Virus record (IMG/VR): IMGVR_UViG_3300012665_000704
Span: 1 to 64,000 of that record
Reading direction: 5' to 3' (one strand)
Source: a virus
Lineage: Duplodnaviria > Caudoviricetes
DNA length: 64,000 nucleotides
Part shown: in pieces, positions 40,427 to 50,391 of the stretch
Numbering within the stretch: the stretch's first letter is position 1
Layout: each line of letters begins with the position of its first letter
Position numbers and translations under genes: made by a program
The notes under the pieces: model-generated
The model's database searches: none
The model's input: the letters and a program-made list of their open reading frames with translations, nothing else
Told to the model about the DNA's origin: nothing

Positions 40427-41046
40427 TGTCAGTAATTACACTATCATATAAAATAGAAGGATTTTTAAAAATCTATGACCCTAACAACGGGGAAATATTT
40501 GTAGATAAGAAAAATGCCATCAATTATGAAAATATGTCAGAAGCAATTGCTGACACTCTAAGTAGCCGTGGATACGGTGAAATATACGAGATGGCGTTTG
40601 GTAACGGCGGGGCAAGCGTTTCTGATACCGGTGTCATCACATATTTGCCACCTAATACTACAGGACAAAATGCAGCCTTGTATAACCAAACTTACGCTAA
40701 AATAGTAGATGATACTAGCGTTTTTAACTTAGACCCAACTAGAAACAAAATGACAGTTTCTCATACGACAGGTAAAGTTTATACGGATATTCTAGTGCAA
40801 TGTTTATTAGATTACGGCGAGCCTGCAGGTCAGGCAGCTTTTGACAATAGTACGTCAACCGATTCAGCATATATTTTTGATGAATTGGGTTTACTTGCAA
40901 ATTACGGTACAGATAATGATGGAAACGTCATTACTAGACTATTAACTCATGTGATTTTTCACCCCGTACAAAAGAGTTTAAATAGACAGATTCAAATAGA
41001 CTACACAGTTAGAATTCAAAGTCTGACTAATTTAGTGACAATATAA
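40426..41046 (+). CDS. Putative baseplate / tail fibre attachment protein
   Basis: MAFGNGG, LDYGEP, FDELGL, LLTHVIFHPVQKS and IDYTVRI resemble phage tail collar/baseplate folds; in the tail module. Confidence 0.55.
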   Translation: MSVITLSYKIEGFLKIYDPNNGEIFVDKKNAINYENMSEAIADTLSSRGYGEIYEMAFGNGGASVSDTGVITYLPPNTTGQNAALYNQTYAKIVDDTSVFNLDPTRNKMTVSHTTGKVYTDILVQCLLDYGEPAGQAAFDNSTSTDSAYIFDELGLLANYGTDNDGNVITRLLTHVIFHPVQKSLNRQIQIDYTVRIQSLTNLVTI

Positions 41047-41077
41047 GATAAATAACAGATATCGGAGAAATTTTAAA

Positions 41078-42322
41078 ATGGCATATACAATTATAAAATC
41101 AAATGGACAGGTTTTAACCACCATTCCTGACGGTACTATCAATACTAGCAGTACATCACTGGGCTTACCCGGAAGAAATTTTGCTGGTTACGGACAGTAC
41201 GTTGACACAAACTTTGTCCATATGATGGAAAATTTTGCCGACACTACCCCACCTGCTAACCCATTACAAGGTCAATTATGGTACAATACCAATGCTAATA
41301 CATTGTATGTTTGTCCTGCTGACGGAACAGCAAACGCTAATGCATGGTTAGCACTGACTTCAACCTCAAGTGGCGGTACAACAACATTTGGTGCTGTTAC
41401 AATCACAGGAAATTTAACAGCTAATAATGCAACTATTACAAACGGAATCACTGCTGATACAATCACAGTTAGATTAGCTACAGTAACAGATTTAGCTACA
41501 ATTGCTAATGCAAACGTTACAACTGCTAACGTAGGAACAACAAATACAACAACAATTTCAGCTGGTTCACAATCAACTAATGGCACGTTGACTGGTGTAT
41601 GGACTGCTAATGGTTCAGGTACTGCAAACAGTGTTGCCGGAACAAGTATGTGGGTTACCGGTGGTAACTTAGTTATCACAGGCGGTGCAAGTTTAGGTAT
41701 CAGAACAGATAATTATTATTATGCTAACGGAACACCAATCAGTTTTGCTGGTACATATAATAACGGCAATGTGTTTGATTATTTGACAGGGTCGAATTCA
41801 GTTTCAAGATTTGGTGGCGCAATCGCGGTATCTAGTATTACTACAGCTAATATAACAACAGGAGCTTCAGGCACATCTGGTCAATTAACTGGTAACTGGA
41901 CATTAAGTAGCGGTTCACGATTGAATGCAACATACGCTGACTTGGCAGAACGTTTTGAAGCAGATGCTTCATATGAGGCCGGTACAGTAGTTGAATTAGG
42001 CGGAGACAAAGAAATTACTGCTGTTCAGTATGAATTAAGCGAAGATGTGTTCGGTGTTATATCTGACACAGCGGCTTATTTAATGAATTCAGCAGCCGGT
42101 TCAAATGATACTCACCCTCCAGTAGCAATGACTGGTCGAGTACAAGTTAAAGTAATGGGCGTAGTTAAAAAGGGTGATAGATTAGTTAGTGCAGGCAAAG
42201 GAATCGCTAGGGCAGCTAAAAAGGGCGAAGCTAATGCATTCAATACTATTGGTCGCTCATTGGCAAACAAAACTGATGAACAACTCGGCACCGTATTAGC
42301 AACCGTAGTTATTGCAAGATAA
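41078..42322 (+). CDS. Tail fibre protein with a C-terminal intramolecular-chaperone-like domain
   Basis: ENFA...PLQGQLWYN attachment domain, Thr/Asn-rich shaft, YADLAERF...GVIS...PVAMTGRVQVKV; TAAATA at 41049 and GGAG RBS. Confidence 0.75.
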   Translation: MAYTIIKSNGQVLTTIPDGTINTSSTSLGLPGRNFAGYGQYVDTNFVHMMENFADTTPPANPLQGQLWYNTNANTLYVCPADGTANANAWLALTSTSSGGTTTFGAVTITGNLTANNATITNGITADTITVRLATVTDLATIANANVTTANVGTTNTTTISAGSQSTNGTLTGVWTANGSGTANSVAGTSMWVTGGNLVITGGASLGIRTDNYYYANGTPISFAGTYNNGNVFDYLTGSNSVSRFGGAIAVSSITTANITTGASGTSGQLTGNWTLSSGSRLNATYADLAERFEADASYEAGTVVELGGDKEITAVQYELSEDVFGVISDTAAYLMNSAAGSNDTHPPVAMTGRVQVKVMGVVKKGDRLVSAGKGIARAAKKGEANAFNTIGRSLANKTDEQLGTVLATVVIAR

Positions 42323-42331
42323 GGAATAAAA

Positions 42332-43288
42332 ATGGCATACGCACAATTTGGTACAATTCAAGCCGCAGACTTCAACACATTAGTCGGTGGTGACCCAGTA
42401 ACTTCATCGGGTACATTAAATGCTGTTTGGGCAACAGGTGGAACTAATGCTGGGTATGGTCAAACAGCAGTAGCTAACGTAGCAGTTGGTGCTGTAGTCT
42501 CAGCAAATCAGCAATGGGCAAATTTGGTAACATATACTGCTAACTCAGCAACACACCAAGGCACTTCAATAACTGCGGTCACTGCACCAGTCACCGGCGG
42601 AACTATTACATATCTATCTGCAATTCCTTCAAACTTAACTTCAATTTATAATAGTAGATTAAACGCAGCTACACAGGGTGCAACTACTTCTAATTCAGTG
42701 GCATATGGTAGTACTTGGACAGCCGGTATCACGTTTACACATACTGTTACTTTTGCAAATGGAAATGCCGCAAGATATTTCTTTAACTCAGGTGGTCAAT
42801 TAAAAGTAACATGTTCACATGCAAACTCAACTGCTGGTATTAACTTATTATTAAATAATTTAGCAAGTAATGTGGGAACAGTTGTTATGAGTTCTCCTAC
42901 ATCAGGTGCAATTACAGTATCAGGTACATCTTATAACGGAATCACTAAGATTGGTGGAGGTGGCAATGCACCTACTATTAGTACTAACACAGGGTACTTT
43001 GCGTTGACTACGTCCAATGCAACAATATTTACGCAAACAGCAAGCACAGGTCCTTCTGGATATTTGGGAACATTTATTCGTATGATTGCAAAATCAAATG
43101 GAACCCAAGGTGCAAACGGAGATGCAGGTAGTGTTATAACCATATACACTATTTGGGATGAAGTTCCGGACGGTCTTACTGCTGGCACAGGTTCAACTAC
43201 AACTGTTACTGCACAGGCACCAGAAACAACTAATATAGCTAATACTTGGGGTGCAATTACTATCTCGGGTACAGTTTCCGGTTCATGA
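42332..43288 (+). CDS. Virion structural protein (tail/fibre-associated)
   Basis: Thr/Gly/Ser/Ala-rich, GYGQT and ARYFFNSGG motifs; AAGGA RBS. Confidence 0.6.
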   Translation: MAYAQFGTIQAADFNTLVGGDPVTSSGTLNAVWATGGTNAGYGQTAVANVAVGAVVSANQQWANLVTYTANSATHQGTSITAVTAPVTGGTITYLSAIPSNLTSIYNSRLNAATQGATTSNSVAYGSTWTAGITFTHTVTFANGNAARYFFNSGGQLKVTCSHANSTAGINLLLNNLASNVGTVVMSSPTSGAITVSGTSYNGITKIGGGGNAPTISTNTGYFALTTSNATIFTQTASTGPSGYLGTFIRMIAKSNGTQGANGDAGSVITIYTIWDEVPDGLTAGTGSTTTVTAQAPETTNIANTWGAITISGTVSGS

Positions 43289-43314
43289 TTTTTATTAACG
43301 TCTTTGTATCTATC

Positions 43315-43330
43315 TAAATACTCTTAGGAG
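43315..43330 (+). promoter_or_regulatory. Late promoter motif and RBS heading the modification operon
   Basis: CTAAATA ending at 43320, then AGGAG and ATG 43336. Confidence 0.6.
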
Positions 43331-43335
43331 TACAC

Positions 43336-43641
43336 ATGGATACAAAGACATTGATTTCCGAAGCCAAAGCCCGCTTCAATCACAACTCAGCCAAAGCATA
43401 TTTAAAAGACAAGTACGATAGCAAATTTATCGTAGCAGACCAATCAGGTCTTTGGAGAGCTGACTTAGAAACTATTAATTTTTTAACTGCCTATACGGAT
43501 GACTGGGTTATTTTAATTGACACCTTTAAAAATCCAGTCAGAGTTAACAGAGTTACTCTACTTGAAAAACTTTCTGAAACATACAAATCTGTTATGGATG
43601 AATGGTATACAGAATGGACTGCATTAGAGAAAAAAAGATGA
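43336..43641 (+). CDS. Hypothetical protein (101 aa), first gene of the operon
   Basis: Strong RBS and ATGA coupling to the next gene. Confidence 0.7.
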   Translation: MDTKTLISEAKARFNHNSAKAYLKDKYDSKFIVADQSGLWRADLETINFLTAYTDDWVILIDTFKNPVRVNRVTLLEKLSETYKSVMDEWYTEWTALEKKR

Positions 43642-44441
43642 GTAGAGGGGCTTTACTATTTGCATTTAATAGTCCTAAATTTAACTACTATGATATGGCA
43701 GTAGCAACTGCTAAACGCATTAATCACTTTTTGGACATCCCGGTTACTATAGTAACGGATAAAGAATCATTGCCTAAAAAACAAAGTTACACGTTTGACA
43801 ATGTTATATTAGCAGAGGCTGATAAAAACAATAAGCGTGACTGGGGTATGTGGATAAATAAAGGTCGATATCGTGCTTTTAATTTAAGTCCGTATGATGA
43901 AACTTTATTATTAGATACGGATTACATGGTAAATTCAAATAAGTTGTTAAAAACTTTTGATTTACCTACTGATTTTTGTTGCCATGATACCACTAGTTTT
44001 CTAATGTATCCTGATGCCTCACAAGAAGTACTCAGTGCATATAGTTTTAAAACATTATGGGCAACTGCAATTACTTTTAAGAAAACAAAAAGATCAAAAT
44101 TAATATTTGATTGTTTAGAAATGGTTCAGAAAAATTTTGAGCATTATGCAAACCTCCATGGTTTTATTTCTGTAACTTTTCGTAATGACTATGGATTGAC
44201 CTTAGCTACTAGAATAGTTAACGGACATACTACTCCCATAGAAGACATAATTCCCTGGAATCTATTACATGCAGGTAAAAACACCACCATATATAAAAAC
44301 AGTGATGATGAATTTAATACTGACTATACTATAATGTTTGATAATTGGAATAGAGGTAAGATTCGTAAAGAATATATAACCATTAAAGATACTGACTTCC
44401 ACGTTATGAACAAAGAAAACTTTTTGGAGTTAATCAAATGA
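43638..44441 (+). CDS. GT-A fold glycosyltransferase (GT8/GT71-like)
   Basis: LSPYDETLLLDTD (DxD), FRND, late HxxNK; start placed at the ATGA overlap at 43638. Confidence 0.7.
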   Translation: MSRGALLFAFNSPKFNYYDMAVATAKRINHFLDIPVTIVTDKESLPKKQSYTFDNVILAEADKNNKRDWGMWINKGRYRAFNLSPYDETLLLDTDYMVNSNKLLKTFDLPTDFCCHDTTSFLMYPDASQEVLSAYSFKTLWATAITFKKTKRSKLIFDCLEMVQKNFEHYANLHGFISVTFRNDYGLTLATRIVNGHTTPIEDIIPWNLLHAGKNTTIYKNSDDEFNTDYTIMFDNWNRGKIRKEYITIKDTDFHVMNKENFLELIK

Positions 44442-45202
44442 CCAAAGGTTTTGTAATAATGGCACAAGATACAGCAAATGTGAAATATACTCATTGTGCC
44501 AAAGCATTAGAAAAAAGTATAAAGCGTGTTATGCCAAACGCTAATGTTACTATTGTTACTACTAAAATGCTGCCTCACGGAGATTTGGCTCCTGCGAGTG
44601 ATTGGAAACTAATAAACGATTGGCAAGTCTATGAAGCAAGTCCATATGATGAGACTATTAAATTAGAAGCAGATATGTATATTCCTAGAAGTATTGAACA
44701 TTGGTGGGATGTATTATCTCAAAAAGATGTTGTGGTGTGTAATACTATTAGGAATTTTAAACAAGAAATTTCAGATGTGCGAGTCTATCGCAGATTTATT
44801 GATGATAATAATTTACCAGATGTATATAACGCAATTACGTATTTTAAAAAATCAGATACCGCTAAACAATTTTTTGATATCGTAAAAAATGTATTTGATA
44901 ATTGGAAAGAATATAAAGCTATACTAAAATGCAATCCAGAAGAACCGGCAACAACTGACTGGGCGTATGCAATTGCATGTCATATTGTTGGTATTGAAAA
45001 AACAATGTTACCTAACTTTACCGAAATGAGTATGGTGCATATGAAACAATTTATTAACAATACCCCCACAGAAAATTGGACAGACACATTTGTTTATGAA
45101 TGTTTGCCCAATCAAATTAGAATTCAAACCGTACCACAATTTTATCCTTTTCACTATCATATAAAAAACTTTAGTGATAAAATATTAGAAAGTATGAAAT
45201 GA
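44438..45202 (+). CDS. GT-A fold glycosyltransferase paralog (DxD changed to EAD)
   Basis: ASPYDETIKLEAD, TTDWAYAIA, FHYHIK; similar to the upstream gene. Confidence 0.65.
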   Translation: MTKGFVIMAQDTANVKYTHCAKALEKSIKRVMPNANVTIVTTKMLPHGDLAPASDWKLINDWQVYEASPYDETIKLEADMYIPRSIEHWWDVLSQKDVVVCNTIRNFKQEISDVRVYRRFIDDNNLPDVYNAITYFKKSDTAKQFFDIVKNVFDNWKEYKAILKCNPEEPATTDWAYAIACHIVGIEKTMLPNFTEMSMVHMKQFINNTPTENWTDTFVYECLPNQIRIQTVPQFYPFHYHIKNFSDKILESMK

Positions 45203-45555
45203 ATACTGAAGACACCTCATCAGATTTTGTAATAATATGGGAACCTCCTAAACTAGAAACACCTGAGTTTAGGTTATATTATGATAGCACCGGCGCAGTA
45301 ATATGTTATACCGGTGACAAATCTGTGCAGGGTAATTATATTGTAATTGATGCACATACATTCGCTGCCGCAAGACCTGACGTAAGAGTTATTGATGGTA
45401 GGATATCTAGTGTTGCACCTAATGCAGTAGTTTATAAATTAATGCCAGACAATATTGAAGGTAAAGACTGTCACATTGAAGATATAAGTATATTGGTTGA
45501 CGAATTATATACTGGCAAAAAGAAAAAATGGAAATTAAACATATATGAACTCTGA
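45199..45555 (+). CDS. Hypothetical protein (118 aa)
   Basis: Overlaps both neighbours in the operon. Confidence 0.65.
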   Translation: MNTEDTSSDFVIIWEPPKLETPEFRLYYDSTGAVICYTGDKSVQGNYIVIDAHTFAAARPDVRVIDGRISSVAPNAVVYKLMPDNIEGKDCHIEDISILVDELYTGKKKKWKLNIYEL

Positions 45556-46498
45556 TGATATTATTGATGTTGCAGATTTAGATTGTGTTTATCTAAGCTA
45601 TGATGAACCACAAAAAGAAGAATTTTGGATTAAAATAAAAAATATGGTGCCTTGGGCAAAACGTGTTGATGGCGTTAAAGGAAGTGATGCCGCACACAAA
45701 GCCGCAGGAGAAGCAAGTGATACTGAACGTTTTATTCTAATTGACGGCGACAATATGCCAAACGAAGATTTCTTCAATATTCAATTAGATTTTACAAACA
45801 AAGATCCTTCATTTAAGAAAGCACAGTTTCGTTGGAAAGCAGTAAACAGTGTTAATGGCTTGCGTTATGGCAATGGTGGCATGAGTAGCTGGACAAAAGA
45901 ATATGTTGCTAACATGAAAACACATGAACATCAAACAGAAGGTGATGTTTCTCGAATTGCTGATTTCTGTATGGGCGGTAATGATAACTTATATTGGGCT
46001 ATGTATAATTGCTACAGTACAACATATCCTAACCACACACCGTTCCAAGCATGGCGTGCAGGATTTCGTGAAGGTGTTAAAATGAGTTTAGACAGAGGTG
46101 CAAGGCCTTCTGTTGAAGCATTTAAAGAAACCGTAGCAAGTAGAAATTTAAATAACCTAACTATCTGGCACAATGTGGGCATGGATGTAGAAAACGGCGA
46201 ATGGGCTATAATGGGAGCCCGTATGGGTACACATATGACTATGCTCACTGATTGGGACCATGCTAACGTGCAGTGGTTTGATAACTACGTTGAAATGTGG
46301 GATAAAATAAAAGATGAAGATCCATTAACACTATCAGAAGCCTATGGAATTGAGTTAAAGACTAAATTAGATTTGCCTATGTGCGTATTAGATAGTGACC
46401 AAAGTAAATTCTTTAAGCGTCACTATAAAGCAGACTTTCATAACTTAGACCCGTTAGTAACTGAGATGGATGTTATTCGTAAAATTGAAGGATGGTAA
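45545..46498 (+). CDS. GT2-like glycosyltransferase
   Basis: YLSYDEP, GVKGSDAAHKAA, FILIDGDN (DxD), YGNGG, AWRAGFREG. Confidence 0.65.
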   Translation: MNSDDIIDVADLDCVYLSYDEPQKEEFWIKIKNMVPWAKRVDGVKGSDAAHKAAGEASDTERFILIDGDNMPNEDFFNIQLDFTNKDPSFKKAQFRWKAVNSVNGLRYGNGGMSSWTKEYVANMKTHEHQTEGDVSRIADFCMGGNDNLYWAMYNCYSTTYPNHTPFQAWRAGFREGVKMSLDRGARPSVEAFKETVASRNLNNLTIWHNVGMDVENGEWAIMGARMGTHMTMLTDWDHANVQWFDNYVEMWDKIKDEDPLTLSEAYGIELKTKLDLPMCVLDSDQSKFFKRHYKADFHNLDPLVTEMDVIRKIEGW

Positions 46499-47892
46499 TG
46501 AGTAGTGAACAACAACGTATAAAAGACATTAAGATTAAAATTGAGAATGAAGTAGGTCCAACCTTCTGTCTTGCTAAATGGCATCATGTTACTATGTATC
46601 TACAAACAGGAGAAACACATAGTTGTTATCATCCGCAACCTCACAAAATTCCAATGAGTGAGTTAATTGACAATCCGTCAGCATTACATAATACGCAACA
46701 GAAAAAAGAAGAACGTAAACTAATGTTAGATGGAGGTAAACCATCAGGTTGTCAGTATTGCTGGAACATTGAAGCAATGGGACCAGACTATATTAGTGAT
46801 AGACATATACGCAACGCTAGTATATTCACAGAAGAACGATACGAACAGACTGTAAAAGGTCCTTGGAATCAAAATATAAATCCAGAATACTTAGAAATTA
46901 ACTTTGGTAACGAATGTAATTTTAAGTGCGGCTATTGTCATCCTAAGTACTCTACTAGTTTCTATAACGAAATTAAAAAGAATGGCCCTGTCACCGCAGT
47001 AAAAAATCATAGATGTGATATTGACTGGATGACACTTTATCAACGTGAAGAAGAAAATCCATATGTTGATGCGTTTTGGAAATGGTGGCCTGAACTACGC
47101 AAAACATTGAACATCATGCGTGTAACGGGAGGCGAACCCACGATGCATACTAGTACATGGAAATTGTTGAAAGAGATTGAGCAAGATCCTATGCCTTGGT
47201 TAGAACTAAATATCAATAGTAATTTAGGAACTAAAACTGCACTAGTAGAAAAATTAGCTGATAGTGTTAAAAAATTAGTAGACGATAAAAAAATACGTGC
47301 ATTTAAATTGTTTACTAGTATGGATACATGGGGCGAACGTGCAGAGTATATTAGAACCGGATTAGATTTAGAACTGTGGGAAAAGAATTTCCACACATAT
47401 TTGGCCCGTACAGACAGTCCAATCACATTTATGATAACCTTTAATATATTTTCAGTCACTACATTTAAGTCATTGCTTGAAAAAATGTTAGAATGGCGTG
47501 AACAATATGGTTGGTATGAAGATATAAAAAGCCATCGTGTTAGATTTGACACCCCGTATTTGCGAGACCCAATCCAATACGATATGAATATATTGCCTAA
47601 AGAAGAATTCATGCCTTATATGAATGACACACTGGCATTTATGAAAGCTAATGTAGATGATGAAGCCAGTAATAAATTTACAACAGTTGAATATGAAAAA
47701 TTTAAACGTGTTGTTGATTATATGGCTGAGACAGTATATCCAGAAAGTAAATTGATTGAAGGTCGCAGAGACTTTTATAATTGGTTTAATGAACTAGATG
47801 AACGCCGCGAAAATGATATGTTATCTGTGTTTCCTGAAATGCTAGGATTTTATAGATTATGTCAAGAGGTTAACCAAACACATCCAAAATGA
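46498..47892 (+). CDS. Radical SAM enzyme with an N-terminal twitch/SPASM-like Cys domain
   Basis: FCLAKW...SCYH...CQYCW; CNFKCGYC (CX3CX2C); TGGEP; AEYIRTG. Alternative start at 46492. Confidence 0.88.
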   Translation: MSSEQQRIKDIKIKIENEVGPTFCLAKWHHVTMYLQTGETHSCYHPQPHKIPMSELIDNPSALHNTQQKKEERKLMLDGGKPSGCQYCWNIEAMGPDYISDRHIRNASIFTEERYEQTVKGPWNQNINPEYLEINFGNECNFKCGYCHPKYSTSFYNEIKKNGPVTAVKNHRCDIDWMTLYQREEENPYVDAFWKWWPELRKTLNIMRVTGGEPTMHTSTWKLLKEIEQDPMPWLELNINSNLGTKTALVEKLADSVKKLVDDKKIRAFKLFTSMDTWGERAEYIRTGLDLELWEKNFHTYLARTDSPITFMITFNIFSVTTFKSLLEKMLEWREQYGWYEDIKSHRVRFDTPYLRDPIQYDMNILPKEEFMPYMNDTLAFMKANVDDEASNKFTTVEYEKFKRVVDYMAETVYPESKLIEGRRDFYNWFNELDERRENDMLSVFPEMLGFYRLCQEVNQTHPK

Positions 47893-49166
47893 CAGAAAAA
47901 ATATCAAACAATAAAGAATTCGATCTTACGCAAAGTAAAACTTTTTGCATGTCTCCTTGGATACACTTGTATTCAAGTCCAAGCGGAATAGCCGCGCCAT
48001 GTTGTATTGCTGAATCAGGTGCTCACGGTGGCGTAGGCAACACTAGAACACAATCATTAATGGAAGTAGTCAATTCACCTAAAATGAATCAACTACGAAA
48101 TGATATGCTATCTGGGGTAAAAAATAACGAATGCAATAAATGTTACATGCATGAAGACCAAAACTTATTAAGTTCACGTAATATGCTTAATACTAGATTT
48201 GGTCCTAATTTCTATGATGAAGTCATTGAAAATACAAACACCGACGGATCATTGTCTGAATTCAAAATGAGATATTTTGATATTCGTTTTAGTAACATAT
48301 GTAATTTTAAATGTAGAACATGCGGTTCTGGCTTTAGTACACAGTGGGAACAAGAAGACTTAAAAAATAATCTTTACCATGCAAAAATAATTCCAAAAAA
48401 TGATAATCCAGATTTTTTAAAAGAAATATTTGATCAAATAGATTTTATGGAAACTGCTTATTTTGCAGGAGGGGAACCTTTAATCACAGAAGAACATTAT
48501 ATCTTGTTAGAAGAAATGATACGAAGAGGTCGTACTGATATTCAACTAAGGTATAACACAAACTTAAGCAATTTAAAATTTAAAAACAAAGATTTATTAT
48601 CCCTGTGGAAACATTTTGGTAAAGGGGTCGATATATATGCAAGCATTGACCATTACGGAGAACGTGCAGAGTATATAAGACACGGAACAGATTGGGGAGT
48701 AGTAGAAAGTAATTTTTTACAAGCCAAAAAAACTCCGTATTTAAGAGTGAATATGAACACTGTATTAAGTGTTTTTAATTTTTTAACAATACATGAATTT
48801 TATCAATATCTAATAGATAAAAAATTATATACTCCTAGTAGTAGTGTTTATACACTATATAATATGTCAACTCCTGATTATTTGGCTTGTCATATTTTGC
48901 CCTTAGATTATAAAGATGTTGGAAAAAATAGTATTGAAAAAACTATGCAATTATTAAAAGATAAGAGATTTAAAAAACACCATATAACGCAACTATCAGA
49001 TACTATTCCTTGGATTTATTCAAAAGATTCATGGGATGAAAACAAATATCAATTTAGAAAAGAAGTAAAAAGATTAGATTCAATTAGAGGGGAAGATTTT
49101 TCAAAAACTTTTCCTGAATTAGCTCCGTTGTTACTTCCAGATCGTAATAAATTTTTCCCTATATGA
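47889..49166 (+). CDS. Radical SAM enzyme with an N-terminal twitch/SPASM-like domain
   Basis: FCMSPW...PCC...CNKCY; CNFKCRTC; AGGEP; YNTN. Confidence 0.9.
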   Translation: MTEKISNNKEFDLTQSKTFCMSPWIHLYSSPSGIAAPCCIAESGAHGGVGNTRTQSLMEVVNSPKMNQLRNDMLSGVKNNECNKCYMHEDQNLLSSRNMLNTRFGPNFYDEVIENTNTDGSLSEFKMRYFDIRFSNICNFKCRTCGSGFSTQWEQEDLKNNLYHAKIIPKNDNPDFLKEIFDQIDFMETAYFAGGEPLITEEHYILLEEMIRRGRTDIQLRYNTNLSNLKFKNKDLLSLWKHFGKGVDIYASIDHYGERAEYIRHGTDWGVVESNFLQAKKTPYLRVNMNTVLSVFNFLTIHEFYQYLIDKKLYTPSSSVYTLYNMSTPDYLACHILPLDYKDVGKNSIEKTMQLLKDKRFKKHHITQLSDTIPWIYSKDSWDENKYQFRKEVKRLDSIRGEDFSKTFPELAPLLLPDRNKFFPI

Positions 49167-50389
49167 ACAAAAATTATCTATTAAATGATAGCAAAACGTT
49201 TTGTATGTTTCCTTGGGTACATCTAAATGTAACACCTAAGGGTGATATATACCCTTGCTGTAGCAATGACTACACACAACCTTTCGGAAACACAAAAGAA
49301 ATAACATTAAAACAGGCATTTAACAGTGAACCAATGAAGCAATTGCGATTGGACATGTTAAATGACAAACCTAATAAAATATGCAATTTTTGTTACAAGC
49401 ACGAAGAAGCAGGTCCTCATTCGTTTAGAAATTACAGTAAAGAACATTTTGGTAAACACTTTGATGAAGTTGTGCCTACTACATTAGAAGATGGAACTGT
49501 TCCTGAATTTAAAATGCACTACTTTGACATTCGTTTTAGTAACATATGTAATTTCAAATGCAGAACATGCGGTAGTGAGTTTAGTAGTCAGTGGGGAGCA
49601 GAGATGCGAGCCAATCATGATCCTAAGCATCCTATTATTATTCATGCTGATGAAAAGGGTAATTTATTACGTGAAGTGTTAGAACAAGTAGAACACATTG
49701 ATTTGGCATATTTTGCAGGTGGAGAACCCACACTTACCGAAGAGCATTATATAATGCTTGAAGAAATGATTCGTAAAGGCCGTACTGACATTACACTACG
49801 CTATAACACAAACGCTAGTAATATCAAGTTTAAAGACTATGATTTACTAGACATGTGGAAGCACTTTAAGAAAATTGAATTGAGTTGCAGTGTTGACCAT
49901 TATGGTGAACGTGCAGAATGGCTACGTCATGGCACTGATTGGGGGTTAGTTGAAAGTAATCTGTTAAAGTTCCGTGAATTAGATTATGTTAGTTTCCAAA
50001 TGAACACTGTATTCAGTATCTTTAACTATAGTACAATTGGTGAATTTTATCAGTACTTAAAAGACAAGAATATTATTAGAGCAGAAGATTGGTATCATAG
50101 TTTGTACTTGGCAGTACATCCTAGTTATTATAGTGCTAAGAGTCTACCCAAAGAATTAAAAATTGAAGCCGCAAAGAAAGCACTTGAATGGGCAGATAAG
50201 AATACAGGTGATCATACCTCATTATCACGCTTAGTTACTGATGCAGTAAACTTTGCTACAGATGATGATACATGGACTGAAAATAAAGAAACTTTCATGT
50301 TGCACACAGGTTCAGGAGATAGAATTCGTAATGAAAGTTTCTGGAAAACATTCCCTGAATTAAATAAATTGATGGATTTAACGGAGTAA
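49163..50389 (+). CDS. Radical SAM enzyme, close paralog of 47889-49166
   Basis: FCMFPW...PCC...CNFCY; CNFKCRTC; AGGEP. Confidence 0.9.
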   Translation: MNKNYLLNDSKTFCMFPWVHLNVTPKGDIYPCCSNDYTQPFGNTKEITLKQAFNSEPMKQLRLDMLNDKPNKICNFCYKHEEAGPHSFRNYSKEHFGKHFDEVVPTTLEDGTVPEFKMHYFDIRFSNICNFKCRTCGSEFSSQWGAEMRANHDPKHPIIIHADEKGNLLREVLEQVEHIDLAYFAGGEPTLTEEHYIMLEEMIRKGRTDITLRYNTNASNIKFKDYDLLDMWKHFKKIELSCSVDHYGERAEWLRHGTDWGLVESNLLKFRELDYVSFQMNTVFSIFNYSTIGEFYQYLKDKNIIRAEDWYHSLYLAVHPSYYSAKSLPKELKIEAAKKALEWADKNTGDHTSLSRLVTDAVNFATDDDTWTENKETFMLHTGSGDRIRNESFWKTFPELNKLMDLTE

Positions 50390-50391
50390 AA

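Noticed and set aside
41078-43288. Diversity-generating retroelement or invertible tail fibre cassette
   Set aside because: No reverse transcriptase, invertase or template/variable repeat pair seen in the window.
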